NCBI GenBank assembly: GCA_049516495.1
Contig: JBEKTB010000001.1
Span: 13,508-77,507, forward strand
DNA: 64,000 bases
Direction of reading: 5' to 3'
Source of the DNA: Terracidiphilus sp.
Lineage (GTDB): Bacteria; Acidobacteriota; Terriglobia; Terriglobales; Acidobacteriaceae
A model generated the notes under the pieces. The model was given only the letters and a program-made list of their open reading frames with translations. It was not told where the DNA came from and ran no database searches. Below are positions 9,599-17,838 of this stretch, one piece after another; the stretch's first letter is position 1, and every line of letters starts with the position of its first letter. Made by a program: the position numbers and the translations under genes.

Positions 9599-10795
9599 AT
9601 GAGCGACCTCGAACGCATTCTGCCCCTGTGGCGGGAATTGGAAACGGCGAGGGCGGACTACGTGCTGGCTACGGTGGTGGCCGTCGAGGGCTCGAGCTAC
9701 CGCAAGCCCGGCGCGCACATGGTGCTTGCCGGGGACGGTCGTCGCGCCGGCACGGTGAGCGGCGGCTGCCTGGAAGCGGAAGTAGCCCGCCGCGCCCAGT
9801 GGCTTACTGCCCAGGGGCCTGTCGTCGAGCGCTACTCCACAAAGGAAGACGACGGTGATCGCCCGTACGGCTCCGGCTGCGGCGGCGTTGTTTCTCTGCT
9901 CCTGGAGCGGAGCCCGACGGCGGCTCCACTGCTGGCCGCGCTCGAACAAGCGTTCGAAGAACGGATTCCACTAGGCGTCGCAACCATCCTGGATGGTCCC
10001 GCAATCGGGCACAGAGCTTTTGCCGGACTGGGGAAGAAGCCGCTGGAAGTTGCAGAGGCCGCCAACGGGCTGGAACCAACTGCCGACAGGGTGCTTCAGG
10101 AGCTGGCTGAGTGGGCGCTCGAATCCTGCGCTCCGGTAGTGCGAAGAGTTGCGGTGAACGGCCTCCCGGCAAACACCTGGGCAGACTACCGCCCCGCGCG
10201 GCCCGGGCTGTGGATCTTTGGAGGCGGCGACGACGCTCGACCAATGGTCCGGCTGGCGCGCGAACTGGATTGGTTTGTGGCTGTCGCCGATGGCCGCTCG
10301 GATTTGGCGAATCGAGAGCGCTTTCCCACCGCCAGCCAGGTGAGTGTTCTGCCCATGGGCGACCTGTCAGGTGGTAACCAGCCCGGCGCCGGGTGCTCAA
10401 TCGGAGGACCTGCAGCAACGGTTCCGTCGTTGATCGGCCTCAAACCCACCGACGCGGCCGTTGTTATGGCGCACAGCTTCGAGCAGGATTCCCGCGTTCT
10501 GGCTGCGCTCTTGTCGCTGGCGGCTCCTCCGGCGTATGTCGGCGTTCTCGGCCCCCAGCGGCGCACCCGCGAACTGCTGGCCGAGGCTGCCCGCCTGCTT
10601 GGAATGGACAGCCCGGTGGGCCGCGCCGAGCGATGGCTCAGGCTGATGCATGCGCCCATGGGCCTGGACCTGGGCGCGGACACTCCTGCGACCATTGCGT
10701 TATCCGTGCTGGCCGAAATTCAGCAGGTGCTCACGGCCGCGACGGGTCTGCCTCTGCGCCGGGTACGCGTTTCCACGCAGGCGATTCAAGAGTAG
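9599..10795 (+). CDS. XdhC/CoxI-family molybdoenzyme maturation factor
   Basis: LATVVAVEGSSYRKPGAHMVLAGDGRRAGTVSGGCLEAEV is the XdhC_CoxI N-domain. The C-terminal Rossmann-like block (LWIFGGGDDARPMVRLAREL) and the ending MGLDLGADTPATIALSVLAEI also fit. ATG at 9599. Confidence 0.8.
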   Translation: MSDLERILPLWRELETARADYVLATVVAVEGSSYRKPGAHMVLAGDGRRAGTVSGGCLEAEVARRAQWLTAQGPVVERYSTKEDDGDRPYGSGCGGVVSLLLERSPTAAPLLAALEQAFEERIPLGVATILDGPAIGHRAFAGLGKKPLEVAEAANGLEPTADRVLQELAEWALESCAPVVRRVAVNGLPANTWADYRPARPGLWIFGGGDDARPMVRLARELDWFVAVADGRSDLANRERFPTASQVSVLPMGDLSGGNQPGAGCSIGGPAATVPSLIGLKPTDAAVVMAHSFEQDSRVLAALLSLAAPPAYVGVLGPQRRTRELLAEAARLLGMDSPVGRAERWLRLMHAPMGLDLGADTPATIALSVLAEIQQVLTAATGLPLRRVRVSTQAIQE

Positions 10796-10818
10796 AGTTT
10801 GGCTTTCTCGCGCGGGCT

Positions 10819-11400
10819 TCAGGCCGCCAGATGCGCCTCCAGGACCTCAAGAAACTTGGCCAGCCACGCCGGATGGGCCGTCCAGGCCGGGCCGGTCACC
10901 AACTTGCCATCCACAACCGCGCCAAAAAAGTCCACCTGCACAAAGGTGCCGCCGGCCAGTTCCACCTCCGGCGCGCAGGCCGGGTAGGCGTTCAGCTTGC
11001 GGCCTTTCAGCACGCCTGCCGCGGCCAGCAGTTGCGGCCCATGGCAGAGCGCGGCGATGGGCTTGTTGGCCCGGTCGAAATGGCGCACGATGTCCAACAC
11101 TCTGGCATTGAGACGCAGATACTCCGGCGCGCGACCGCCGGGAACCACGAGAGCGTCATAGGCAGCGGGGTCGATCTCGTCGAAGGTCGCGTTCAAGACA
11201 AAATTATGCCCGCGCTTCTCCGTGTACGTCTGGTCGCCCTCAAAATCGTGGATGGCGGTGCGGACGGTGTCGCCTTTCTTCTTGCCCGGGCAAACGGCGT
11301 CGACGGCGTGGCCCACCATCTGCAGGGCCTGGAAGGGAACCATGATTTCGTAGTCCTCAACAAAATCGCCGGCCAGGAGCAACAGCTTTGCAGATTTCAT
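10819..11400 (-). CDS. DJ-1/PfpI family protein (193 aa)
   Basis: [26 protein letters not shown]...[13 protein letters not shown]...[13 protein letters not shown] contains the nucleophile-elbow Cys-His of the DJ-1/PfpI class. The ATG at 11398-11400 was verified. The 419-aa ORF in the track is an upstream extension. Confidence 0.85.
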   Translation of the reverse strand: MKSAKLLLLAGDFVEDYEIMVPFQALQMVGHAVDAVCPGKKKGDTVRTAIHDFEGDQTYTEKRGHNFVLNATFDEIDPAAYDALVVPGGRAPEYLRLNARVLDIVRHFDRANKPIAALCHGPQLLAAAGVLKGRKLNAYPACAPEVELAGGTFVQVDFFGAVVDGKLVTGPAWTAHPAWLAKFLEVLEAHLAA

Positions 11401-11463
11401 TGCGAATTGCCTCCGCAGGAAAGTTTGCCACACTCGCATGCGGCGGTGACTTAGAATTTCGCC

Positions 11464-12162
11464 ATGCCCACGCCGCTTGACGCCCTGAACGCCCGCCTGG
11501 TTGCCTGCGACCGCTGCCCGCGCCTGCGCGAGTATTGCGCGGAGGTGGCTCGCGTCCGCCGCCGCGCCTATCTGGACTTTACCTATTGGGGCAAGCCGGT
11601 GCCCGGCTTCGGCGACGAGCAGGCGCGGGTGATGGTGCTGGGCCTGGCGCCGGGCGCGCACGGATCCAATCGCACCGGACGGATGTTTACCGGCGACGGA
11701 TCGGGGGATTTTCTCTTTCCCGTGCTCTATGAAGCCGGCTTTGCCTCGCAGCCCAGGGCCGTCAGTCGCGAGGACGGCATGAAGCTGACTGACCTGTGGA
11801 TCACCGCCGTCGGCCGCTGCGCCCCGCCCGGCAACAAGCCCGAGCCGGGGGAACTGCGCAACTGCTCCTCCTGGCTGGACGAGGAGATGAGTCTGCTTAC
11901 CAACCTGCGCGTGGTCGTCTGCCTGGGCCGTATCGCTTTCGACGGATTGCTGGCGCATGCACTGCGCAGCGGACAAAAGGCTGCGAGCCTGCCCGCGCGA
12001 TCGAGCTTCGGACACGGCGCGGAGTTTACTTTGCCGAGCGGTCTGAAAGGGATTGCCAGCTACCATCCCTCGCTGCAAAACACCAACACCGGCAAGCTGA
12101 CCCGGCCCATGTTTCTGGCCGTATTCAAGCGGGCAAGGGAACTGGCGGACTTGCCGCGCTGA
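11464..12162 (+). CDS. uracil-DNA glycosylase superfamily protein, family 5 (UdgB)-like
   Basis: [11 protein letters not shown] (Fe-S cysteines) and the motif [19 protein letters not shown] match the GLAPxxHGxNRTGR family-5 signature rather than the family-4 GEAPG motif. The C-terminal HPS motif (SYHPSLQN) is present. Confidence 0.75.
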   Translation: MPTPLDALNARLVACDRCPRLREYCAEVARVRRRAYLDFTYWGKPVPGFGDEQARVMVLGLAPGAHGSNRTGRMFTGDGSGDFLFPVLYEAGFASQPRAVSREDGMKLTDLWITAVGRCAPPGNKPEPGELRNCSSWLDEEMSLLTNLRVVVCLGRIAFDGLLAHALRSGQKAASLPARSSFGHGAEFTLPSGLKGIASYHPSLQNTNTGKLTRPMFLAVFKRARELADLPR

Positions 12163-12196
12163 GACCCGGACTCGCGCCGTGTCTCAAGGCAAAGTA

Positions 12197-12226
12197 TTGA
12201 TTTCAATTTCTTTATCTCTGTATAAA
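12197..12226 (+). promoter_or_regulatory. putative sigma70-type promoter of conserved element A
   Basis: TTGATT (12197-12202), 18-nt spacer, TATAAA (12221-12226), inside a short AT-rich patch in a GC-rich genome. The geometry is identical in copy B (51676-51705). Confidence 0.45.
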
Positions 12227-12231
12227 CTTTA

Positions 12232-12390
12232 GTGCTATCTGAATGTTACCTCTGGTAGGGGGGGTAGGGGGGGCTTTTTTGGGGGTACGGACCGGGGACA
12301 TCCCTGACAGATTGGATGGAGAACACACGGATGGAGCCTGGTTGACCCTCCATGGTTCATTGTGCGCCGGGTGAGCCTTAATTTGTGCAA
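12232..12390 (+). ncRNA. candidate structured RNA or conserved 5' leader, copy A (family unidentified)
   Basis: About 159 nt homologous to 51711-51861. Shared blocks: GTGCTAT, GTTACCT, TAGGGGG..TAGGGGGGG, GGTACGGACCGG, CCCTCCATGGT, TGCGCCGGG, TGCAA. Indels are not multiples of 3 and there is no conserved ORF. It starts 5 nt after the -10 box. Confidence 0.45.
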
Positions 12391-12525
12391 CAACAGGGAA
12401 GTGCAGAAGCGGCAGCGAGCCCGTGAAGCCAAAACAAGATCGCAAGAAGGTGTACGCCCATTCCGAAGGGATGCAGGAGTCAGGTCGATATTTCTATTTC
12501 CTTGAGGGGCTAAACTGAGGATGAG

Positions 12526-13023
12526 ATGGACATTTTTTCGAAGGAAATTATGAAGGAACTGCTTCCGGCGGAGAAGGAAGTGGCCCCGCCGCCAACCCCG
12601 CGGGCGCGCGCGAGCGCCGTGGATCACTGGTCCAACGCCGTTCTTCTCGAACGGGGAGCATACCTGCGCAAACTGGCCAAACTCTCAGACGGCTCGGCCA
12701 GCGAAACGCTGAAGGAATACCCGCAGCACTGCACCATGCTCTCGTTTCGCAGCCGCAGCGGAGAGGCCGAAGTGCACGCGAACTTCGCCGATGTCTTCTA
12801 TGTTCTCGAAGGCCGGGCAACGCTCGCGACCGGCGGCACGGTGGTGGGAGCTAGAACGGTGGCGCCCGGAGAGGTTCGCGGCGAGCGGATTGAGGGTGGC
12901 GCTCGGCAGGAACTGCGTGCCGGCGATGTGGCGCACGTTCCGGCTGGTGAACCCCATCAGATGCTGCTGGCCGGCGACAAGACGGTCACCTGCCTGGTGG
13001 TGAAGGTCCAGGAGACCGCATAA
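12526..13023 (+). CDS. cupin domain-containing protein
   Basis: 165-aa ORF with an SD-like GAGGA upstream. The C-terminal half has a cupin-like pattern (HANFADVFYVLEGRATL...G...ELRAGDVAHVPAGEPHQ). Confidence 0.65.
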   Translation: MDIFSKEIMKELLPAEKEVAPPPTPRARASAVDHWSNAVLLERGAYLRKLAKLSDGSASETLKEYPQHCTMLSFRSRSGEAEVHANFADVFYVLEGRATLATGGTVVGARTVAPGEVRGERIEGGARQELRAGDVAHVPAGEPHQMLLAGDKTVTCLVVKVQETA

Positions 13024-13205
13024 ATAGACCGCAATTGGGGCCAAAGCGCCTCGATGATCGCTTCCAATGGAGTCCATGTCTGTACGGTCTCAACCTCTTT
13101 TGAAGAACCTCTCGAGGCTATGCGAATTGACGCTCGCGCGGCGGCTCTGCGAGACTTGCCCCCATGAGATACAGAGGAAAAGTGGAGTACGCCAAGGAGC
13201 GGAAG

Positions 13206-13889
13206 ATGCGTACGCGGAATACGCGTCTCTACCGGTTGGCGCATTGGCCGATTTGGATTTTTGTGTTTTTCCTGGCTCCCGGCCCTCTCACTTTCTCGCT
13301 GTTTGCCCGTGGTTTCAACTGGATCAACTCAGTTTGGTTGGCGGCGGTGCTGGTGGGCACAGGCGTGGCTGCTCTGCGCGGACGGCTTCCGGGCGCCGAA
13401 CCTGGGCCGTATATTCTGCGCTTCGATGAAGACAAGCCGAATCCGCTCTATAGGAAGGTTTGTTACACATTTGCGTGGAATGCCGTGCTCAACTATGCGC
13501 TCCTGAACCTGGTTGGTCTGGCGATCGCTGTGGTGACCGGTGGGTGGTACATGAGGCAGATCTATATCTACTCCTACATGCCTCTCTGCGCATTCATCCT
13601 TCTGCTGGGCATGCTGGGCAAGTTGCCGCGCGTGGGGCCGTCAACCAGGGGCGAGGGCACGGAGCGGCGCTACTTCTACGGGTCGGTCTGGGCGGTGACG
13701 GCGGCGGAGACGCTGCTGTTGGTGCTGTGGAAGACGATGCCTGTAACACTGGCCCTGACGCGCGCCGGAAGCCTGCTGAAGCTCTGTGCCTTTGCGGGAG
13801 TGCTGGCGTTGATGGGGCTGGCCGCATACCGCGGGTCACTTCCGCGGACGCGCCCCATCCTGCCGGGCGAGTTGATGATCTCCGATTGA
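13206..13889 (+). CDS. hypothetical integral membrane protein
   Basis: ATG at 13206 preceded by AAGGAG at 6-nt spacing. About 6 hydrophobic segments. I recognise no family. Confidence 0.55.
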   Translation: MRTRNTRLYRLAHWPIWIFVFFLAPGPLTFSLFARGFNWINSVWLAAVLVGTGVAALRGRLPGAEPGPYILRFDEDKPNPLYRKVCYTFAWNAVLNYALLNLVGLAIAVVTGGWYMRQIYIYSYMPLCAFILLLGMLGKLPRVGPSTRGEGTERRYFYGSVWAVTAAETLLLVLWKTMPVTLALTRAGSLLKLCAFAGVLALMGLAAYRGSLPRTRPILPGELMISD

Positions 13890-14064
13890 GTTACCGGGGT
13901 CTCGGATCGCCAGTCATCTCCAACGCGGTGCGTCGATTCGAGAACCGTTGTCCTGAAATCAATCGATGCATTCCCATCCTTGCGTTTGATGGAACCCGAG
14001 TACATCGGCTAGTATTGCGCTCGAATTCCCGGCGCGGGCTCGACCCGCCCAAGGAGCCCACTCG

Positions 14065-16329
14065 ATGCGCCGTACCCTGACTCAGTTCTTGACCGCACTG
14101 CTTGCGGTAGCTGCTTTTGCTCCCACTGCTGTCGTGGCACAAACCGCGGGCCAGCGTGTCGCGCCGGCCGCTGTTCCGGCCGATGCACCCTACAAGAACG
14201 CAAGCCTCTCGCCTGAAAAGCGGGTCGCCGACCTGCTGAGCCGCATGACGCTCGAAGAGAAGGCGACCATGCTCTCCGGGTCGGGCTGGATGGAGTCGGC
14301 TCCCATCGAGCGGCTGGGGATTCCGGCCATCAAGATGGCCGACGGGCCGCTGGGCGTGCGTTCCTGGGCGGGCAGTTCGGCCATCACCAGTTCGGCCAGT
14401 GCGCCGGCAAAGGTGCTGGCCACCAGCTTTCCTTCCGGCGTGGCCATGGCCGCCACCTGGGACCCGGCGCTGGTGGAGCGCGAGGGACAGGCCATTGCAC
14501 AGGAGGTCAAGGCGCTGGGTCGCGACATGATCCTGGGACCCACGGTGAACATCAACCGCGTGCCGCTGTGGGGGCGTAACTTCGAGGGCTATGGCGAAGA
14601 TCCCTACCTGGCCGCGCGGCTCGGCGTGGCTTATATCAAGGGCGTGCAGGGCGAGGGAGTGATTCCGTCCGTCAAGCATTTTGCCGCCAACAACGAGGAA
14701 TTCGAGCGCCACCGCATCGACGCTCACATCGACGAGCGCACTCTGCACGAAATCTACCTGCCCGCCTTCAGGGCGGCTGTGCAGGAGGCGAACGTGTGGA
14801 CCGTGATGTCGGCGTACAACCTGGTCAACGGCGTTCACTGCGCCGAGAGCGCGCCGCTGCTGGACGACATTCTCAAGAAGGAATTCGGCTTCAAAGGCTT
14901 TGTGATTTCCGACTGGGGCAGCACCTATTCGACCGCCGCGACGGTGAACGCCGGCATGGATCTCGAGATGCCGGGAGGGCCGCCGATGCAGGCGTGGCTG
15001 GCGAACCCCCACACCCAGGCCAGCGGCAACGGCGCCGGCTGGCTGACGGCCGACAAGGTGCTGGCCGAGGTGAAGGCCGGCCACATCGCCGAGGCAACGC
15101 TCGACGACAACGTGGGCCGCATCCTGCGCGTGATCTTCGTGAGCGGACTCTTCGACCATGCGCATTTCGCGGGCGGCGAGGTGGACACACCGGCTGAGCA
15201 GGCCGTGGCTCGCCAGGGCGCAACCGAGGGCATTGTGCTGCTGAAGAACGCCGGATCGCTGTTGCCGCTCGACGCCGGGAAGGTTCATTCCATCGCGGTG
15301 ATCGGGCCCAACGCGGCAATCGCGCGTACGGGCGGTGGCGGCAGTTCGCTGGTGCGGCCCCGGTACGCCATCACCCCGCTCGACGGAATTCGCGAGCGGG
15401 CAGGAAGCGGAATCGATGTGAAGTCTGCGCTGGGGGTTGGAATGGAAGGAGAAGACCCCGCGCAGGATACACCCGAGGCTCGCGCCAAGGCGCTGAAGGA
15501 GGCGGTGGACACTGCTGCCAGTGCCGATGTGGCCGTGGTTGTTGTCGGTCGATATTCGAAACTCGAAGCGGAGAGCTTCGATGTAAAGACCATGGACTTG
15601 CCTGCCGGTCAGGATGAGCTAATTGAGGCGGTGGAAAAGGCCAATCCGCACACGATTGTGGTTTTGAACACGGGCGACCCGGTTACCATGACGCGATGGA
15701 TTGAGCGGACACCCACGCTGGTCGAGATGTGGTACGGCGGACAGGAAACAGGCCACGCGCTAGCCGCGATTCTCTTCGGAGACGCCAATCCCTCCGGCAA
15801 ACTGCCGGTCTCCTTCCCAAAGGAATTCAAGGATTCGCCGGCTTACGGCCACTATCCGGGCGAAAATCTGAAAGTGGATTATTCCGAGGGGATTTACGTT
15901 GGTTATCGCTACTTCGACACCAAGAATGTCGAGCCGCAGTTCCCCTTCGGCTTCGGATTGAGTTACACGACGTTCGACTACAGCGGGCTCAGCGTCACGC
16001 CCGACACCTTCTTCGGCGATGTGCCGATCAAGGTGACCTTGAATGTGCGCAACTCGGGTAGCCGAGCCGGGGCGGAAGTGGTGGAGCTGTACGTGCATGA
16101 CGGCCACGCGAAGGTCGATCGGCCGGCCCGCGAGTTGAAGGGCTTTCAACGCGTCGAACTCAAGCCGGGCGAGACCAGGACGGTGGAATTCACGCTGGAT
16201 CGCGCTGCGCTCTCCTACTGGAGTCCGGACAAGCGGGACTGGGTGGCAGAGCCGGGCAGGTTTGAAATCCAGGTGGGGTCGTCTTCGCGCGACATCCGCC
16301 TGCACGCGCCGCTCGTTCTAACGCAATAG
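14065..16329 (+). CDS. glycoside hydrolase family 3 beta-glucosidase (BglX-like), secreted
   Basis: AAGGAG SD and a signal peptide (LLAVAAFAPTAVVAQ). GH3 blocks are present: GPTVNINRVPLWGRNFEGYGEDPYL, KHFAANNEE..R, GFVISDWG (nucleophile Asp), and a C-terminal Fn3-like domain (EVVELYVHD...PARELKGFQRVELKPGE). Confidence 0.9.
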   Translation: MRRTLTQFLTALLAVAAFAPTAVVAQTAGQRVAPAAVPADAPYKNASLSPEKRVADLLSRMTLEEKATMLSGSGWMESAPIERLGIPAIKMADGPLGVRSWAGSSAITSSASAPAKVLATSFPSGVAMAATWDPALVEREGQAIAQEVKALGRDMILGPTVNINRVPLWGRNFEGYGEDPYLAARLGVAYIKGVQGEGVIPSVKHFAANNEEFERHRIDAHIDERTLHEIYLPAFRAAVQEANVWTVMSAYNLVNGVHCAESAPLLDDILKKEFGFKGFVISDWGSTYSTAATVNAGMDLEMPGGPPMQAWLANPHTQASGNGAGWLTADKVLAEVKAGHIAEATLDDNVGRILRVIFVSGLFDHAHFAGGEVDTPAEQAVARQGATEGIVLLKNAGSLLPLDAGKVHSIAVIGPNAAIARTGGGGSSLVRPRYAITPLDGIRERAGSGIDVKSALGVGMEGEDPAQDTPEARAKALKEAVDTAASADVAVVVVGRYSKLEAESFDVKTMDLPAGQDELIEAVEKANPHTIVVLNTGDPVTMTRWIERTPTLVEMWYGGQETGHALAAILFGDANPSGKLPVSFPKEFKDSPAYGHYPGENLKVDYSEGIYVGYRYFDTKNVEPQFPFGFGLSYTTFDYSGLSVTPDTFFGDVPIKVTLNVRNSGSRAGAEVVELYVHDGHAKVDRPARELKGFQRVELKPGETRTVEFTLDRAALSYWSPDKRDWVAEPGRFEIQVGSSSRDIRLHAPLVLTQ

Positions 16330-16348
16330 GCGGCGATTGTCGAACGAA

Positions 16349-16387
16349 GGACGGCGGCGGAGAGACACTCCGCTGCCGTCCTTTTTT
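16349..16387 (+). terminator. strong Rho-independent terminator after the GH3 gene
   Basis: GGACGGCGGCGGAG (16349-16362), loop AGACA, CTCCGCTGCCGTCC (16368-16381). This is a 14-bp stem with one G-U pair, followed by TTTTTTG. Confidence 0.8.
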
Positions 16388-16405
16388 GTAATCGTCAAGA
16401 GCTGG

Positions 16406-17215
16406 TTACCGCGCCGGTTCGTACGGCTCGACGCGCAGCATGTCGGACAGGATGCCCCGCTCCTCGGGGTTGAAGACCCCTTGGTAGCGGCTGGAGTTGA
16501 GCACCATCTGGCGCTGGTCCAGAGGGACTGCGCGCAGATCGCGGAAGGCGCTCTTCATCATCGCCTGGCGTTCCGGTGGCAGGCTGGCCCAGCGGCGCGC
16601 AGAGAGGTTGACCTGCATCCGCTCCTGGGGCGAGAGGCGCTCCAACGCCTCAGCCCGCGCCAGGCGTCGCTGTTGCTGCTCCGGGGTCAACTGGTTCACC
16701 TGGTGCAACTGCTGCACTACCCGCTGCTGCTCGCCAGCCGGGAGCCGGTTGAAACTAGGGTCGCTGCGCAGCATCCGCTCCTGGTCCTGCACGGGCAGGT
16801 TCCGGTGCTGATTGAGCCAGTCTCCCAGATGGCCCGGTGGAGCATTACTGGGTGCCGCATATCCCGGGTAGGAGGGGCGCGCATAGCCTGGACCCAGGTA
16901 CGGAGGGCCGGGGTAGGCGGGACGAGCCCCAGTTGCGGGATTGCCGGGCATGGGGCGCGGTTGACTGTTGACCTGTGGCCGGCCTTGGCCTTGCGTGGCA
17001 GGCCGAGCCTGATTCTGCGGCCGGGCTGGTTGCGTCCTGCCAGCCTGAGGCCGGGCCGGTTGAGGGCGAGGAGCGGGAGCGTGAGCCGCCGGAGCGGAAT
17101 GCGACGCGGGAGCACTCGCGTGCTGGCCGTGAGCCCAGGCCGCGGGCATCCACAAAGCCAGCGCCGCAGCCATAGCCGCGCAGCCTATCCGTCCCGCATT
17201 GTGTGCCCCGATCAT
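16406..17215 (-). CDS. DUF3106-type periplasmic protein, last gene of the ECF sigma operon
   Basis: Signal peptide (MIGAHNAGRIGCAAMAAALALWMPAAWA), a long Pro/Gln/Arg-rich low-complexity stretch, then the repeated LSPxERxxxxxxxRW..LPPERQ pattern typical of DUF3106. The start is ATG 17215, or TTG 17254 overlapping the upstream stop. Confidence 0.6.
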   Translation of the reverse strand: MIGAHNAGRIGCAAMAAALALWMPAAWAHGQHASAPASHSAPAAHAPAPRPQPARPQAGRTQPARPQNQARPATQGQGRPQVNSQPRPMPGNPATGARPAYPGPPYLGPGYARPSYPGYAAPSNAPPGHLGDWLNQHRNLPVQDQERMLRSDPSFNRLPAGEQQRVVQQLHQVNQLTPEQQQRRLARAEALERLSPQERMQVNLSARRWASLPPERQAMMKSAFRDLRAVPLDQRQMVLNSSRYQGVFNPEERGILSDMLRVEPYEPAR

Positions 17216-17250
17216 CTGTCTTTCCCCGGCCCCCGCCAATTGTTGTAACG

Positions 17251-17793
17251 TCAATCCCCGTTATCGTTGTTGCTGGAAAGCGCCTCCAACTGGTCGAGCA
17301 GTTGGGCGTTGTTGTCCAGGGTCTGCAGGTCGTGCACCACGGCTGCGGCACGGTCTGGAGCGGCTGGCGGCTGGTCCCAGTCGGAGATGCCCAGATAGGC
17401 GCCCCCGCCCAGCAGCAACATCACCGTAAGAGCCATCGCCGCCAGCGGACGCACATGGGCCCCGCTGCCGTACATCATCCGAGCGCGCAATCCATTCAAC
17501 CATCCGGCCAGCAATCCGGCTGGTTCAGCCTCGCGCTCTTCCCTGAGCCGCGCGTCCATGCGGGTCAAAAAGTAGGGACTCGGCTCTGGCGCTTCCCAGG
17601 TATCCAGCAGGGCCATGGTCGCCCGCAGTTCATCCAACTCTCGGCTGCAACCCACACACCCGGCAACATGCGCACGAACCTTTTCAGGCGCCGAGGCGAG
17701 ATCGAACGCCGGGGAATCAAGCAGCAGGTTCGCCAGCTTGTCCTTCATCCCGGTGCAATTCGAATTCATCCGTTCCTTCAGCATCCGTTCCAT
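17251..17793 (-). CDS. anti-sigma factor (zf-HC2 type), single-pass membrane protein
   Basis: HVAGCVGCSRELDEL is the Hx3Cx2C anti-sigma zinc motif. A TM segment follows (LAAMALTVMLLLGGGAYLGI). The gene lies directly downstream of the ECF sigma gene. The start is ambiguous (17808 GTG, 17793 ATG, 17769 ATG). Confidence 0.65.
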   Translation of the reverse strand: MERMLKERMNSNCTGMKDKLANLLLDSPAFDLASAPEKVRAHVAGCVGCSRELDELRATMALLDTWEAPEPSPYFLTRMDARLREEREAEPAGLLAGWLNGLRARMMYGSGAHVRPLAAMALTVMLLLGGGAYLGISDWDQPPAAPDRAAAVVHDLQTLDNNAQLLDQLEALSSNNDNGD

Positions 17794-17838
17794 GGTAACC
17801 ACCCCCACTCTCCGCCGGTGTCGCCCGGCTCTTTCTAC

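Noticed and set aside
12212-12445. 77-aa minus-strand ORF inside conserved element A
   Set aside because: The equivalent frame in copy B is interrupted by a TGA (51771-51773). The two copies differ by 4-nt indels, so conservation is not protein-coding.
13891-15288. 465-aa minus-strand ORF
   Set aside because: It lies entirely antisense to the well-supported GH3 gene. It is Arg/Gly/His-rich with no recognisable domain, the usual long shadow ORF of a high-GC genome.
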